Shown: positions 9,916 through 20,983 of the stretch, piece after piece
Numbering within the stretch: position 1 is the first letter of the stretch
Layout of the letters: each line of letters starts with the position of its first letter
Assembly: GCA_965217895.1 (NCBI GenBank)
Contig: CBDCJV010000002.1
Coordinates: 3,232,001 to 3,296,000 of the forward strand
DNA from: Waterburya sp.
GTDB taxonomy: Bacteria; Cyanobacteriota; Cyanobacteriia; Cyanobacteriales; Xenococcaceae
DNA length: 64,000 bases
Direction of reading: 5' to 3'
Notes under the pieces: model-generated
What the model was told of the DNA's origin: nothing
The model's database searches: none
What the model saw: only the letters and a program-made list of their open reading frames with translations
Translations under genes and position numbers: made by a program

Positions 9916-11334
9916 ATGACGAGTGGCTACATTTTAATTGCAGCAATTTTTCTTTTGGGCGGTATTGTTGCAGTATCTGGCGATCGCTTGGGAACAAAGA
10001 TTGGCAAAGCCAGGCTTAGATTGTTTAATCTCCGTCCTCGCCAAACGGCGATGGTTATTACCTGGGTTACGGGAATGCTAATTTCTGCTCTCACTTTGGG
10101 TATTTTGTTTAGCTTAAGCAAATCTTTGCGTACAGGAATTTTTGATCTAGATAATATTCTCAAAGAAAAACGCCAGATTAAAGGAGAGTTAGAACAGGCT
10201 CGGCAAGAAAAAGTAGCGGTGCAACAGCAGCTAGCACAAGTCAAAAATGAGCAAATCGCAGCCGTTGACAATCTCGATGCCATTAACCAAAATTTCGCTC
10301 AGTCGAAACAACAGTTAAAAAAGACTTCTGAGCAAGCTAAACAACTAAGGCAGGAGTTAGATAGTCTTCTAGCAGAAAGAGCAAAGCGACAACGGCAGCT
10401 TAGTCAAATACAGCAGCAAAGTCAAGAATTACAGAGTCAACTGCAAGAGCGAGAACAGAAAATTAAGCAGCAAGATCGAGTTCTGACGCAAAAAGAAAAA
10501 CGTCTGCAATCACTAGAAGGACAGCAGCAAATTCTCCAAACCCAAGTGCAAGAGCGCGATCGCTCTATTGCTAAGTTAGATGAAGCGATCGCCACCGCTG
10601 AAGTGAGTTTAAAATTGAGAACTCAAAGACTAGAGCAGTTACAATCGGAGCTAGATTATTTATCTCGTAACGTGGCAGCCTTAGAGCAGTCTTATCAGGA
10701 ATTACGAGAGAACAGAATTGCCGTTGTCAAAGGTCAGGTATTATCTTCGGCTGTAGTGAGAATTGTCGATCCCAAAGCTACAAAATCAGCGATTGATAGT
10801 TTATTGAGGCAAGCTAACAGCAATGCACTCAAGGCAACTCAATTTAACGGCACTAACCCACAACAGCGCATAGTGGAAATTACTAGTTCTCAGGTAAAAC
10901 AGTTAGAAGAACAAATTAAAGATGGTCAAGATTATGTTTTGAGAATTATCTCGGCTGGTAATTATGTCCAAGGGGAAAAAAAAGTGAGAGTTTTTGCCGA
11001 CTTAGCACTTAATAAACAAGTATTTGCTGGAGGAGAAGAAATAGCCACAGTATCTATTGATTCTAGTAACATCACACGCCAAGAACTACAGGAAAGGCTT
11101 AATTGGTTGCTGGCAGTATCTAAATTTCGCGCTCAAAGAGCGGGAACATTAGGGGAAATAGAAATAGGCGATAACCAGGTAGAAAGTATTGTTAACTTTA
11201 TGAACAAAGTAATTACGGCAGAAATACCTATCAATGAAATTAAAGCTGTAGCAGCAGAAAATACTTATACCGCAGGACCACTAAAGCTAAATTTTGTAGT
11301 CATACGCGACGGCAAAATTGTTTTAAGCACTTGA
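9916..11334 (+). CDS. DUF3084 coiled-coil membrane protein
   Basis: GDRLGTKIGKARLRLFNLRPRQTA, two TM helices, long coiled coil; usual ntcA neighbour. Confidence 0.88.
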   Translation: MTSGYILIAAIFLLGGIVAVSGDRLGTKIGKARLRLFNLRPRQTAMVITWVTGMLISALTLGILFSLSKSLRTGIFDLDNILKEKRQIKGELEQARQEKVAVQQQLAQVKNEQIAAVDNLDAINQNFAQSKQQLKKTSEQAKQLRQELDSLLAERAKRQRQLSQIQQQSQELQSQLQEREQKIKQQDRVLTQKEKRLQSLEGQQQILQTQVQERDRSIAKLDEAIATAEVSLKLRTQRLEQLQSELDYLSRNVAALEQSYQELRENRIAVVKGQVLSSAVVRIVDPKATKSAIDSLLRQANSNALKATQFNGTNPQQRIVEITSSQVKQLEEQIKDGQDYVLRIISAGNYVQGEKKVRVFADLALNKQVFAGGEEIATVSIDSSNITRQELQERLNWLLAVSKFRAQRAGTLGEIEIGDNQVESIVNFMNKVITAEIPINEIKAVAAENTYTAGPLKLNFVVIRDGKIVLST

Positions 11335-11338
11335 AACA

Positions 11339-11791
11339 ATGGACAATAAACAATTAACAATTAACAATGATTTGGTATTCTGCAAACCCACAATATTGGG
11401 TTTAGATCCTGGTAGGGATAAGTGCGGGTTGGCGGTGATGGATAGTAAGCAAAAAGTAATCTTTCATCAGGTGATAAATTCGGATAGCGCGATCGCCAAA
11501 ATTAAAGAGTTATCTATTCAGTTTACTATTGACTTGATTGTTATGGGAGATGGCACAACCTCGAAAAGCTGGGGTGAAAAAATTGAATCTGGTTTGAGAG
11601 AAAAAATTCCTTTAGTGACGGTAAATGAGAAAAATAGTACCCTGGAGGCTCGTGATCGCTACTGGACAATGTATCCCTCTAAAGGTTTACAGCGTCTCGT
11701 TCCCCAAGGTTTAAGAGTTCCTCCTCGTCCTGTTGATGATATTGTGGCAATTTTGCTGATCGAGCGATATTTGGCAACTCAAAAATCTTAG
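11339..11791 (+). CDS. YqgF/RuvX RNase H-fold nuclease
   Basis: ILGLDPGRDKCG, VNEKNSTLEAR, VDDIVAILL; the first codons derive from AACAAT(T/G) heptamers so the start is uncertain. Confidence 0.85.
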   Translation: MDNKQLTINNDLVFCKPTILGLDPGRDKCGLAVMDSKQKVIFHQVINSDSAIAKIKELSIQFTIDLIVMGDGTTSKSWGEKIESGLREKIPLVTVNEKNSTLEARDRYWTMYPSKGLQRLVPQGLRVPPRPVDDIVAILLIERYLATQKS

Positions 11792-11904
11792 ACAACGCTA
11801 TCTGTTCGAGCTTATAATTCGATGATGTTTGATTTGACCACTGCCAGATTAGTTGAAAAAATTTTACTACCAGGGGTAACGGTATTATCTTGACAGAGGG
11901 CTAA

Positions 11905-13911
11905 TTAACGTGCTGCAATATTTACCAATTGCCACCCACGTAATACTTCGGCTACACTCCAAGCCTGAGCAAATGCACCTCTAGGCACAAAAGGCGCATC
12001 TCCATCAAAGATTTCACTAATGCTTCCCAAACAACCATCTGATAAATGATCTGCCATTGGTTTAATAAAACTACCAGCTAGTTGAGGATTGTCGTATACT
12101 CGCAAATGAGCCTGGACAAAATGTCCAATTAACCAACCCCAGGTAGTTCCCTGATGGTATGCCCCATCTCGTTTATAGCGATCGCCACCATAAATGCCCA
12201 CATAATCAGGATGATCTTGACAAAGCGATCGCAATCCAAAAGAAGTTAATAAACGTTGAGCAACAATATCTACCACTTGTTTTTGTTGTTGAGCATCCAG
12301 TAGGGGCGCAGATCTTGCGCCCAAATTAATTACAGGTAACGAGACGGCGAAAATCTGATTAGGACGTAGGGCATCGTCATTACCATCAGGGGTATCTAAT
12401 ACGTCATAGCAGTATTGCTTATTTTGATTCCAGAAACGTTTGAAGCCTTCTCTGGTTTTGTCAGCCATTTCTTTATATTCTGTTTGTGACTTATTGAGAT
12501 AGCCAGCAAACTGGGACATAATAATTAAAGCGTTATACCATAGAGCATTTACCTCTATAGGTTTACCAATACGGGGTGTAACTACCCAATCATCTACTTT
12601 GGCATCCATCCAGGTTAACTGAACCCCTGTTTCTCCTGCGTAAATTAAGCCATCGGCATCGAGATGAATGTTGTAGCGAGTTCCGCGACGATGCCAGTCA
12701 ATAATCTCAGCTAAAGCAGGAAAAAGCTCGATTAATAGCTGTTTATCTTGAGTATGAGCGTAGTAATCTCTAATTGCTTCAAAATACCATAGAGTTGCAT
12801 CAACGGTATTGTATTCAGGAGTTTCTCCTCGGTCGGGAAATACATTAGGCAACATTCCTTGGTCAATATATTTGGCAAAAGTACGCAAGATAACTTTAGC
12901 TATTTCAAAACGACCTGTAGTCAGGGTTAATCCTGGTAGGCTAATCATCGTATCCCTTCCCCAGTCTGCAAACCAGGGATACCCCGCAATAATGGTTTTA
13001 CCTTGAGAACCATCTGCTAAAGGGCGATTAACAATAAACTGGTTCGCTGCTAAGACTAATTGTTCAATCCAACTAGGTATAGTTTTACGCTGATGTCTAG
13101 AAAAAAGGTCGATTAACTCTTTGTCCTCTAGTTTTCCTGTCTTGTCGTCCTGCTGTCTGCTATTCTCTTCAGTACTAGCTGCAATTGTTATCGACTCTCC
13201 TAGCTTGAGAGTAACGCTACAGTTCCCTGCATATAAATGATCTTCAATACTATTCAAGCCTCGGTATTTTTCTATTGCCAAAGCAAAATTTTTGTACCAT
13301 TCGTGGTTGATCTGCCAACTTACTATTTCTTGCTCTTTCACTCCAGACAAATATAGATTCGTAGCATCTGCTGATGCTTTAACTCTGATACCCTGCTGGT
13401 GATCGACAATTTCAAAATGGCGATCGCTATTACTAGTACTACTATGGCGATCGCGATAGTTAACTAAAGCTTTGAGAGAAAGAGACAAAGGTAAAGTACC
13501 TCGCAGCATTTTGTAATGAACATAGGTCGTGTTTTCTCCCTGCTGCATCCAGATTCGCTTTTCGAGCTTTGCGTCGGCGCAAGCATAAATCCATACAGGT
13601 GTCGTCCCTTCTAAATAAAATCTTTCTAGATATTGATAACCGTGAGGAGAGATTACATTATTCACCCAGCGATTAGTATGCAGAGGGTAATAATTATTGT
13701 CATAGACGACAGTTTCGTCGAGTTTAGCTAGTAATAAAGTTATGCCAGAAGGTGGCTCAAGCGCAGCTAGCAGTAAGCCATGGTAGCTTCTAGTCAATAG
13801 TCCCGATACAGTACCAGAGGCATAACCACCAATGCGATTAGTTACCAACCATTCTCGCTGTTCGGCTACATTTAAGTTCCCGCAAATTTCTCGACCAAAT
13901 TCTAGATTCAT
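11905..13911 (-). CDS. Amylo-alpha-1,6-glucosidase (glycogen debranching enzyme family)
   Basis: REWLVTN..GGYAS, AGYPWFADWGRDTMI, QLTWMDA, YHQGT, QAWSVAE. Confidence 0.93.
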   Translation of the reverse strand: MNLEFGREICGNLNVAEQREWLVTNRIGGYASGTVSGLLTRSYHGLLLAALEPPSGITLLLAKLDETVVYDNNYYPLHTNRWVNNVISPHGYQYLERFYLEGTTPVWIYACADAKLEKRIWMQQGENTTYVHYKMLRGTLPLSLSLKALVNYRDRHSSTSNSDRHFEIVDHQQGIRVKASADATNLYLSGVKEQEIVSWQINHEWYKNFALAIEKYRGLNSIEDHLYAGNCSVTLKLGESITIAASTEENSRQQDDKTGKLEDKELIDLFSRHQRKTIPSWIEQLVLAANQFIVNRPLADGSQGKTIIAGYPWFADWGRDTMISLPGLTLTTGRFEIAKVILRTFAKYIDQGMLPNVFPDRGETPEYNTVDATLWYFEAIRDYYAHTQDKQLLIELFPALAEIIDWHRRGTRYNIHLDADGLIYAGETGVQLTWMDAKVDDWVVTPRIGKPIEVNALWYNALIIMSQFAGYLNKSQTEYKEMADKTREGFKRFWNQNKQYCYDVLDTPDGNDDALRPNQIFAVSLPVINLGARSAPLLDAQQQKQVVDIVAQRLLTSFGLRSLCQDHPDYVGIYGGDRYKRDGAYHQGTTWGWLIGHFVQAHLRVYDNPQLAGSFIKPMADHLSDGCLGSISEIFDGDAPFVPRGAFAQAWSVAEVLRGWQLVNIAAR
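12300..12322. repeat. GTAG-type REP hairpin inside a coding region
   Basis: GTAGGGGCGCA-GATCT-TGCGCCC, translated on the minus strand as LGARSAPL. Confidence 0.65.
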
Positions 13912-14129
13912 TTTAGATTCAAGTGGATCTTCAGATCATTAACTTTGACGCTGCGATCGATAAACATTGTCTCAAAGTTGAATTCAATTATCAGCATTTT
14001 TGAGATATGTTTACTTATTAGATGGCTTTGATTAGTACAATTTCCAACTAATAGCAATATAATCCAATTGAAGATTAAATATCTTGTCTTTTATTGCCCT
14101 ATTATGTGAAAGAAAGGAGAGATAGAATT

Positions 14130-14627
14130 ATGAGCGAACTAATCGTAGTTGGTTTCGATAACGAACTAAAAGCCGATGAAGTGCTACACAAGTTAGGACA
14201 AATGCAAAAAGAGCATTTAGTCGATTTAGATGATGCCGTAGTCGTTATTAAAAACGAAAAAGGAAAGGTCCAAGTAAAACAGTCCTATGACTTGGTTACA
14301 TCAGGTGCGATCAGCGGTGGTTTTTGGGGTTCGCTAATTGGACTTCTATTTCTCCATCCTCTCTTAGGAGTTACCGTAGGACTGGCTACTGGGGCTTTGA
14401 GCGGTGCCTTAACTGATATTGGGGTTGACGACGACTTTATCAAAGATTTAGGCAAAACCATAGAACCAAATACATCGGCTTTATTTCTCTTGGTACGCAA
14501 AGCTACTCCCGACAAAGTTTTAGAGGAACTGCGCCCCTATGGCGGAAAACTGCTACAAACTTCTCTCTCAAAATCAGATGAAGCAAGTTTAAAAGCTGCT
14601 TTAGAAAAAGCCAGAGTCGAAGCATAG
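14130..14627 (+). CDS. DUF1269 membrane protein
   Basis: MSELIVVGF start after GGAG; glycine-zipper helices; DIGVDDDFIK, SALFLLV. Confidence 0.88.
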   Translation: MSELIVVGFDNELKADEVLHKLGQMQKEHLVDLDDAVVVIKNEKGKVQVKQSYDLVTSGAISGGFWGSLIGLLFLHPLLGVTVGLATGALSGALTDIGVDDDFIKDLGKTIEPNTSALFLLVRKATPDKVLEELRPYGGKLLQTSLSKSDEASLKAALEKARVEA

Positions 14628-14712
14628 TCTTTTCTTTTTTAGAGGTAGCCGCAACTGTGCGCGGAAGTATTGAACGAAGGCAGAGGGCAGAGGGAGCAAA
14701 GGACTTGGCAGC

Positions 14713-15024
14713 TTAACGGCTGCTACCATTAGCTCTTAATAAAAATAAAGCAGACTCAACTTGGCGTATATAACCGTCATTGTTAGCCATGTCTGTATCA
14801 AGTTTTCCTTGAGATACCGCTCCCTTAATTAAAGTTTCGGCATCAATTTTTCCTAAATAAACTGCTTGAAGAAAAGGAGCATAACCAGGTATTTCTTCGC
14901 TAGCAAGTCGTCCTTGATAACCTTGAAAAACTAAATTAGATGGAGTTATTTCTGCTGCTGTTGCTGGAATACTGACAACACTGGCTAGTGACAAAATCAA
15001 ACTACCGAATAGAATATTTTTCAT
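14713..15024 (-). CDS. Hypothetical secreted protein
   Basis: Signal peptide ending PATAA; PSNLVFQGYQGRL..IPGY motif. Confidence 0.7.
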   Translation of the reverse strand: MKNILFGSLILSLASVVSIPATAAEITPSNLVFQGYQGRLASEEIPGYAPFLQAVYLGKIDAETLIKGAVSQGKLDTDMANNDGYIRQVESALFLLRANGSSR

Positions 15025-15299
15025 GGTTTTAAATAGTTTTATATTTGAATATGTTTATTAATAAATGCTAAAAAGTATAAGATTTTATTTTTTTAAATAC
15101 CTGAGTTTTTTTAAAATATACAAATATACTTCGTAATAATTAATAAATAAAATACCATCAAAATATTGTTGAAGTATACTCCAATGTTCAAAATTGACAA
15201 TACTTTTATCAATTATTGTCTAATTTGTATACTCTTTTTTGGTCTAAAAAGATAAGGTTAATTAACTGTAGATGAACGTTTTATCTTTAGACTTTGGCT

Positions 15300-18200
15300 T
15301 TAGTATTCAATTAATTCCTGCATCAATTTGTTAATGCTTTGTTTGACTGTTTCTGGGATATAAGGTGCGATCGCTTGACAAGAATTAAAAGACAAGCTAT
15401 TCCAAAGATTTACATCGTTATAGAGACGCAAAATTTGTTGAGCAAAGTCTTCAGTACTGTTAGCTTCTAGAATATGCTCTTCAGGCTGAAGATTCATGCC
15501 TTCGGTGCCAATCTCAGTCGCAACTACGGGCAAACTATATTCTAAGCTCTGACCTATTTTACCTTTCATTCCTGCTCCATACCGAAGCGGGGAAACTGAT
15601 AGCTTATGGCTTAAAAAATAAAGGCTAACGTCATCTACATATCCAGTCACCGTGATTTTATCCCCTGCTAGAGCTTTAACTTCAGGTGTTACGTTACTGC
15701 CGAGTAAAGTTACTTTAATATTAGGCTGTTTTTGCCATACCAGAGGCATGATCTTTTGGCATAACCATAAAACTGCATCAACATTGGGAGGATGATTATA
15801 GCTACCGATAAACAATATTCCTGAGCGTTCATGAAAACCAGGAATATCTCCTTGATAGGGAAAATGAATATTAGGCACGACGGCTACTTTATCTATAGAT
15901 GCTGTTTTCTTTGGTTCAAGCTGTGCCTGTAATATTTCTTGTTCTGTTGGAGTGACGGTAACAGTTAAATCTGCCTGCGAAGCCAGGCGTAATTCTGTAG
16001 CTTGCATCCGCTGCCAGTTCTTTTCTGACTCAGGGCTTTGTTGTGCCGATAATTCCCAGGCTCTTTTTAAGCGTAAATAGTGTAAGTCAATAGTGTCATA
16101 AATAACTTTAATTGACTGTTTTGATTTAATTAATGATGTATACTTTTCATTTAGTTCGGGACGGCAAATCCAAGCCACATCAATCAAAGACAGCCGTTCA
16201 TTTATTTGCTGCTCGATAGTCTTGCCGTAACCCTGTTGAGTATAAAGAACTTCTATTTGTAAATTCTCGATAACTGAGGTGTATGGTTCAGCTTTATAGC
16301 CATTATCCGCAGCAAAAATTACGTGAAAATTGAGAGATTTAAAGATTTTTAGCAGTTCAAACAAACGACGAGAACCAGACTCCTTGTCGTAGCAGGGCAT
16401 ATAGCTATCAATAACTAAAATAGTTTTGTTGCCCAAATATTTTCTGCTGGCTAAAGGAACATTGGCAATGCCAGTATTTGCTAAATATTGACCGCTGTTG
16501 AGAACATTTTGCCACTTTTGCTGAAATTTAACTCCATTGACTAGCTGATATTTTTTTGTGCCACCAGCGGTAGAAGTGCCAGAACTAATTCCCTCGTAAT
16601 GGATTACCTCTGACTGAGGTTGATACATTACCTTAAGCCCTAGTTGATGGCGAATAGCAAAACAAAGATCCGTATCTTCATAGTAAGCAGGGGCAAAATC
16701 CTGTTCAAAACCCTGAAGACGCTCAAAAATCTCTGTCCTAACCATTAGGCTTGCTGCCGAACAGTAGTCTACAGGACGCAGATAATTATATTCAGGGGCA
16801 TTTGGGTTATCTTGTCTACCATAGTTCCAGCCTGAGGCATCTTGCCATATAATTCCTCCTGCTTCCTGTAAAGCACCTTGAGCATAAATTAATTTTGAAC
16901 CTACTGCACCAACTTGATTATCTTGGTCTAAAACTTCCATCAGGCTTTCAATGCAGTTAGGCTTGATTTGCGTATCGTTATTGAGGAAATAAAGATATTT
17001 ACCTTTGGCTAATAATGCTCCTTGATTACAGGAATAGATAAAGCCTTGATTGGACTGATTGTTAACTAGGTTAATTGCCGAAATTGGCTCTAAGATACTT
17101 CTTGTATCATCGGTAGAACAATCATTGACGACGATAATCTCGATCGCCGTAGACTTATGGACATTAGTGGCGATCGCTTTTAAACAGTCTAGAGTATAAT
17201 TTAGCTGATTGTAAACAGGAATGATAATTGAAACTTGAGGATCGTTACTATGGGGCAGAATTTGCTGTAATTCTGCCCCCAAGGACTTTAAATCTGACTG
17301 ACTATATTCATCAACTTTTACAGCAGTCGATACATTGCTAATATATTGCCCGACATTGCAGTTGGGTCGCTTCAGCAAAATCTCCTGTAAACGCGCCATT
17401 GCTGCACCGTTTTTTGGCTGAATTTGCAAAGCCATCTGATAAGTAACGATTGCCCGATCTATTTCTCCTGACTGTACTAAAATATCCCCCAGTTTTAAAT
17501 AAAAATTTAGATTAGTTTTATCAATTGCTAGGGCATGATGGTAAACTTCAGGATCATCAGGATTTTGTTTAATAGCTAGCTGAAAATGTTTTAATGCCAC
17601 CTCTCGATCCTGTTGGCTACGGCGAAACAGCGCGTCCCCTAACTGTAGCTGAATCTTAGGCAGATCTGGCTTAATTTTAGCTGCCTGCTGGTAGAAGTCC
17701 ACCGCCCGATCCCACTGATTGAGTTTGCCGTGAGCTTCAGCCAGATTATAGTACGACCAAGGAAATTGGGGATTAAGTTTAATTGCCTGTTGATAGATAG
17801 GAATAGCTTCTGACCAATGTGACAATTGAATTAGAGCATAGCCCAAATTATTGTATGACCAGGAAAAATCAGGATCGAGCCTAATTGCCTGACGATAAGC
17901 GACAATAGCCTCTGACCATAGTTCTTGGTGAGTTAAAACCTCTCCTAGCTGATGAAAGGCTGCATTATTGTTGGGATCGTATTGAGTTGCTCTTTGATAG
18001 CAAAGAGTAGCCTGTGACCACTGTGATTGCAACCGATAAAGACTACCTAAACGATAGTACAGTTTGGGATCATTCTGTCCGTATTTTAAACCCTCAACGT
18101 AGCAGGCGATCGCCTCTGGTCTAGCTCCCATCTGCACTAATAATTCTCCCAAACCCAAATAGGCAGCTATCAGATCGGGCTGCTTGGCGATTGCACGACG

Positions 18201-19265
18201 ATAGCAGGTCAGGGCTGAGGATTGCTTGCCCCAACTGACAAGGTTTGTGCCTAACTCTAAATACTCAGCAGCACTGACATTTTCATTGTCCAAAGAAATA
18301 GCCTTTAATAAATGTTCGGCAGACTGTTTCTTGTCTCCAAGCTGAGTTTGGGCGCGGGCTAAATCGCGATATGCCTTCGCCATTTTGGGATTTAAGGCGA
18401 TCGCTTTTTGGTAAGATTCAACTGCTGCTGACCATTCTCCTTTTTTAGTATACAGAGTGCCTAAACTGTAGTGATGTTCGGCTTCTTCGGCAAAGGATTT
18501 AGAAGATTGTTGATTAGTTTGTACTAGTGTAAGAACAGCTTGAGGATCAGGTTGAGAAACTTTTATACCAGCAGAACTAGTTAGTTTTAAAATTACCTGA
18601 CAATATTTGGCTGCTTCTGACCATAGCTCTAATTGCTCACAAAGAGCAACGATTTCTCGATACGTATTGACGCGTGGGTCGAGTTTGGCTGCCTGGAAAT
18701 ACTGTTCTAAAGCAGGCTGAAATTTTCCCTGTTGCTTTAATAGTTGCCCCTGACGTAAATATTTATCTAAGGATTGAACTGAATCTATAATACTTGTGGA
18801 AGATTGCTGGCGTTCTAAACTAGAAGACAAAACTTTGGCTGACTTTTTCTCTATTTCATCAGCTTGAGTTAAATAAACTTGGGCTTTTTCAGATTGCTGT
18901 AGCTTTTGATATACCTTTGCTAGCTGTCGGTATACGCCAACCAGTTCAGGTTTAACCTGAATTGCTTTTTGATAATGGACAATAGCTTGTGACCATTGTT
19001 TTTGTTTAGCGTAAAGAGAGCCTAGATTGGCATAGACTTCAGCAAAATTTGGCTCAATAGAGATTGCTTGAAGATAATAGCCCAGAGCTTCTTTGATTTT
19101 GCCTATTTTTTGGAGGGCATCACCCATTAACTTATGAGCGTCCGTTAGTTTTTGATTTAAGACAAGTGCTTCAGCACAGGCTTGGATTGTTAATTGCCAC
19201 TCTTGCTTTTGCCAATAAATCTTCGCTTGATTTAAACAAACTTGAGCCTCATCTATCTGGATCAT
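15300..19265 (-). CDS. TPR-repeat protein fused to GT2 and GT4 glycosyltransferase domains
   Basis: Many TPRs; VSIIIPVYN, VVNDCSTD, FLNNDT, YYEDTD (GT2); FIGSYNHPPN, PLRYGAGMKGK (GT4-like). Confidence 0.9.
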   Translation of the reverse strand: MIQIDEAQVCLNQAKIYWQKQEWQLTIQACAEALVLNQKLTDAHKLMGDALQKIGKIKEALGYYLQAISIEPNFAEVYANLGSLYAKQKQWSQAIVHYQKAIQVKPELVGVYRQLAKVYQKLQQSEKAQVYLTQADEIEKKSAKVLSSSLERQQSSTSIIDSVQSLDKYLRQGQLLKQQGKFQPALEQYFQAAKLDPRVNTYREIVALCEQLELWSEAAKYCQVILKLTSSAGIKVSQPDPQAVLTLVQTNQQSSKSFAEEAEHHYSLGTLYTKKGEWSAAVESYQKAIALNPKMAKAYRDLARAQTQLGDKKQSAEHLLKAISLDNENVSAAEYLELGTNLVSWGKQSSALTCYRRAIAKQPDLIAAYLGLGELLVQMGARPEAIACYVEGLKYGQNDPKLYYRLGSLYRLQSQWSQATLCYQRATQYDPNNNAAFHQLGEVLTHQELWSEAIVAYRQAIRLDPDFSWSYNNLGYALIQLSHWSEAIPIYQQAIKLNPQFPWSYYNLAEAHGKLNQWDRAVDFYQQAAKIKPDLPKIQLQLGDALFRRSQQDREVALKHFQLAIKQNPDDPEVYHHALAIDKTNLNFYLKLGDILVQSGEIDRAIVTYQMALQIQPKNGAAMARLQEILLKRPNCNVGQYISNVSTAVKVDEYSQSDLKSLGAELQQILPHSNDPQVSIIIPVYNQLNYTLDCLKAIATNVHKSTAIEIIVVNDCSTDDTRSILEPISAINLVNNQSNQGFIYSCNQGALLAKGKYLYFLNNDTQIKPNCIESLMEVLDQDNQVGAVGSKLIYAQGALQEAGGIIWQDASGWNYGRQDNPNAPEYNYLRPVDYCSAASLMVRTEIFERLQGFEQDFAPAYYEDTDLCFAIRHQLGLKVMYQPQSEVIHYEGISSGTSTAGGTKKYQLVNGVKFQQKWQNVLNSGQYLANTGIANVPLASRKYLGNKTILVIDSYMPCYDKESGSRRLFELLKIFKSLNFHVIFAADNGYKAEPYTSVIENLQIEVLYTQQGYGKTIEQQINERLSLIDVAWICRPELNEKYTSLIKSKQSIKVIYDTIDLHYLRLKRAWELSAQQSPESEKNWQRMQATELRLASQADLTVTVTPTEQEILQAQLEPKKTASIDKVAVVPNIHFPYQGDIPGFHERSGILFIGSYNHPPNVDAVLWLCQKIMPLVWQKQPNIKVTLLGSNVTPEVKALAGDKITVTGYVDDVSLYFLSHKLSVSPLRYGAGMKGKIGQSLEYSLPVVATEIGTEGMNLQPEEHILEANSTEDFAQQILRLYNDVNLWNSLSFNSCQAIAPYIPETVKQSINKLMQELIEY

Positions 19266-19309
19266 TTGCGTTATTAGTAAAAAGAAAAGTCGATTTGCAA
19301 TCTTCAGTC

Positions 19310-19352
19310 GTCAAGCGTTCCCCGCCTTTGCAAGGCGGGGCCTGCGCTTGAC
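19310..19352. other. GC-rich hairpin upstream of the TPR-glycosyltransferase gene
   Basis: GTCAAGCG..CCCCGCCTT-TGC-AAGGCGGGG..CGCTTGAC. Confidence 0.7.
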
Positions 19353-19635
19353 CGCCTTCCGCGGTAAGAATTTTGGAAATATACCTTAACTAATCAACGC
19401 AGCAGATTAACGCTGATTACCCACAGCAAATTTAAATCAAAAATTCATCAGCGGTCAGCCTCCCCATCTTAATTAAGCGAAGTAATATTGCCAAAAGACT
19501 TATCCCAACAGAGAGAGGGAAGTAAACCACTCTTACACTCAAACTAAGAGGGACAAACAAGAAATGGTGAAGATAACACCGCTGAATCTAACATCAAAAC
19601 TTGTTTTTGCCCACTAGTGTAATCAATCTAAATAC

Positions 19636-20730
19636 TTAATTTAGATTTGGTTCTGCGTACACCTGGTCGTAATAATTTTTGTATTCGTCGCTTAACAAAG
19701 GTTGCCACCAATCGCGATTAGCTAAATACCATTCCACAGTACGGCGCAAACCTGCTTCAACGGTTTCTTGAGGAGTCCAGCCTAGTTCCCGTTTAATTTT
19801 GCTGGCATCAATGGCATAACGACGGTCATGTCCTGCACGATCTTTGACAAAGGTAATCAGATTTTTAGCAGGAGTAATGGGCAAATCTGGTGCAAGCTCA
19901 TCCATTAGGCTGCATAGCTGCTCTACCAAATCAATGTTTTTGACTTCGTTATTTCCCCCAACGTTGTAGGTTTCTCCTGGTTGACCTTTGTGAATTACCA
20001 CATCTAAAGCCCGACAGTGATCTTCTACATAAAGCCAGTCGCGAATATTTTGCCCATCACCATACACAGGTAGAGGTTTACCCAAGAGGATATTAATGCA
20101 CATTAAAGGGATCAACTTTTCTGGAAAATGATAAGGACCATAATTATTAGAGCAGTTAGTAATCATCGTCGGCATTCCGTAGGTATGGAAATATGCCCTT
20201 GCCAAATGATCGCTTCCCGCTTTAGAAGCCGAATAGGGACTGTTAGGAGTATAGGGCGTAGTTTCGGTAAAGGCAGGATCATTAGCGTCTAAGCTGCCAT
20301 AAACTTCATCAGTAGAAACATGGAGAAAACGGTCATTCTGTGGTTGCTCTCTTTTGTTCCAGCGTTGGCGAAAAGCTTCTAAGAGGGTAAAAGTTCCCAC
20401 CACGTTGGTTTGCACAAATGCTCCAGGACCAATGATCGAGCGATCTACATGAGATTCGGCTGCCAAGTGCGCCACAGTATCAATATCTTCTGACTCTAAA
20501 AGATGATCGATCAAAGAGCGATCGCATATATTTCCCTGGACAAACCTTAAATCAGAATTGTTTTCTAAACTCGCTAAATTAGCTTGATTCCCCGCATAGG
20601 TTAAGGCATCTAAAACCACGACGCGATCGCCTTGGTAACTGTTGCACCAATGATGGACAAAATTAGAGCCAATAAAACCTGCTCCCCCTGTAATCAATAT
20701 TCTCCGAGGCTTTCTATTATCTTGTTGCAT
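19636..20730 (-). CDS. rfbB: dTDP-glucose 4,6-dehydratase
   Basis: [41 protein letters not shown]. Confidence 0.97.
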   Translation of the reverse strand: MQQDNRKPRRILITGGAGFIGSNFVHHWCNSYQGDRVVVLDALTYAGNQANLASLENNSDLRFVQGNICDRSLIDHLLESEDIDTVAHLAAESHVDRSIIGPGAFVQTNVVGTFTLLEAFRQRWNKREQPQNDRFLHVSTDEVYGSLDANDPAFTETTPYTPNSPYSASKAGSDHLARAYFHTYGMPTMITNCSNNYGPYHFPEKLIPLMCINILLGKPLPVYGDGQNIRDWLYVEDHCRALDVVIHKGQPGETYNVGGNNEVKNIDLVEQLCSLMDELAPDLPITPAKNLITFVKDRAGHDRRYAIDASKIKRELGWTPQETVEAGLRRTVEWYLANRDWWQPLLSDEYKNYYDQVYAEPNLN

Positions 20731-20914
20731 AAGTTGTTGATTTTGTGTGTGAAATCCCTAGGTAGAAAATACCGTATTGTAGCAAAGGTCGTCACTAATC
20801 AACTTGATTTTCGCGAATTGAATCAATTTTACGGTAGCAAAAGCGATCGCTTTTGTTCGACTGTGATATGCAAGGTAATATAGGAATGAAATTTATTGAA
20901 AACAATCTTATAGA

Positions 20915-20973
20915 GTGGGCAAAACTGTTTTTCAGTAATGTATTGAGTTAAAACCGAAGTTTGCCCACCCTAC
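20915..20973. repeat. REP-like dispersed repeat (GTGGGCAAA...TTGCCCACCCTAC family)
   Basis: Same termini as copies at 7289, 7410 and 56821, with a different AT-rich interior. Confidence 0.8.
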
Positions 20974-20983
20974 TTTCTATTTC

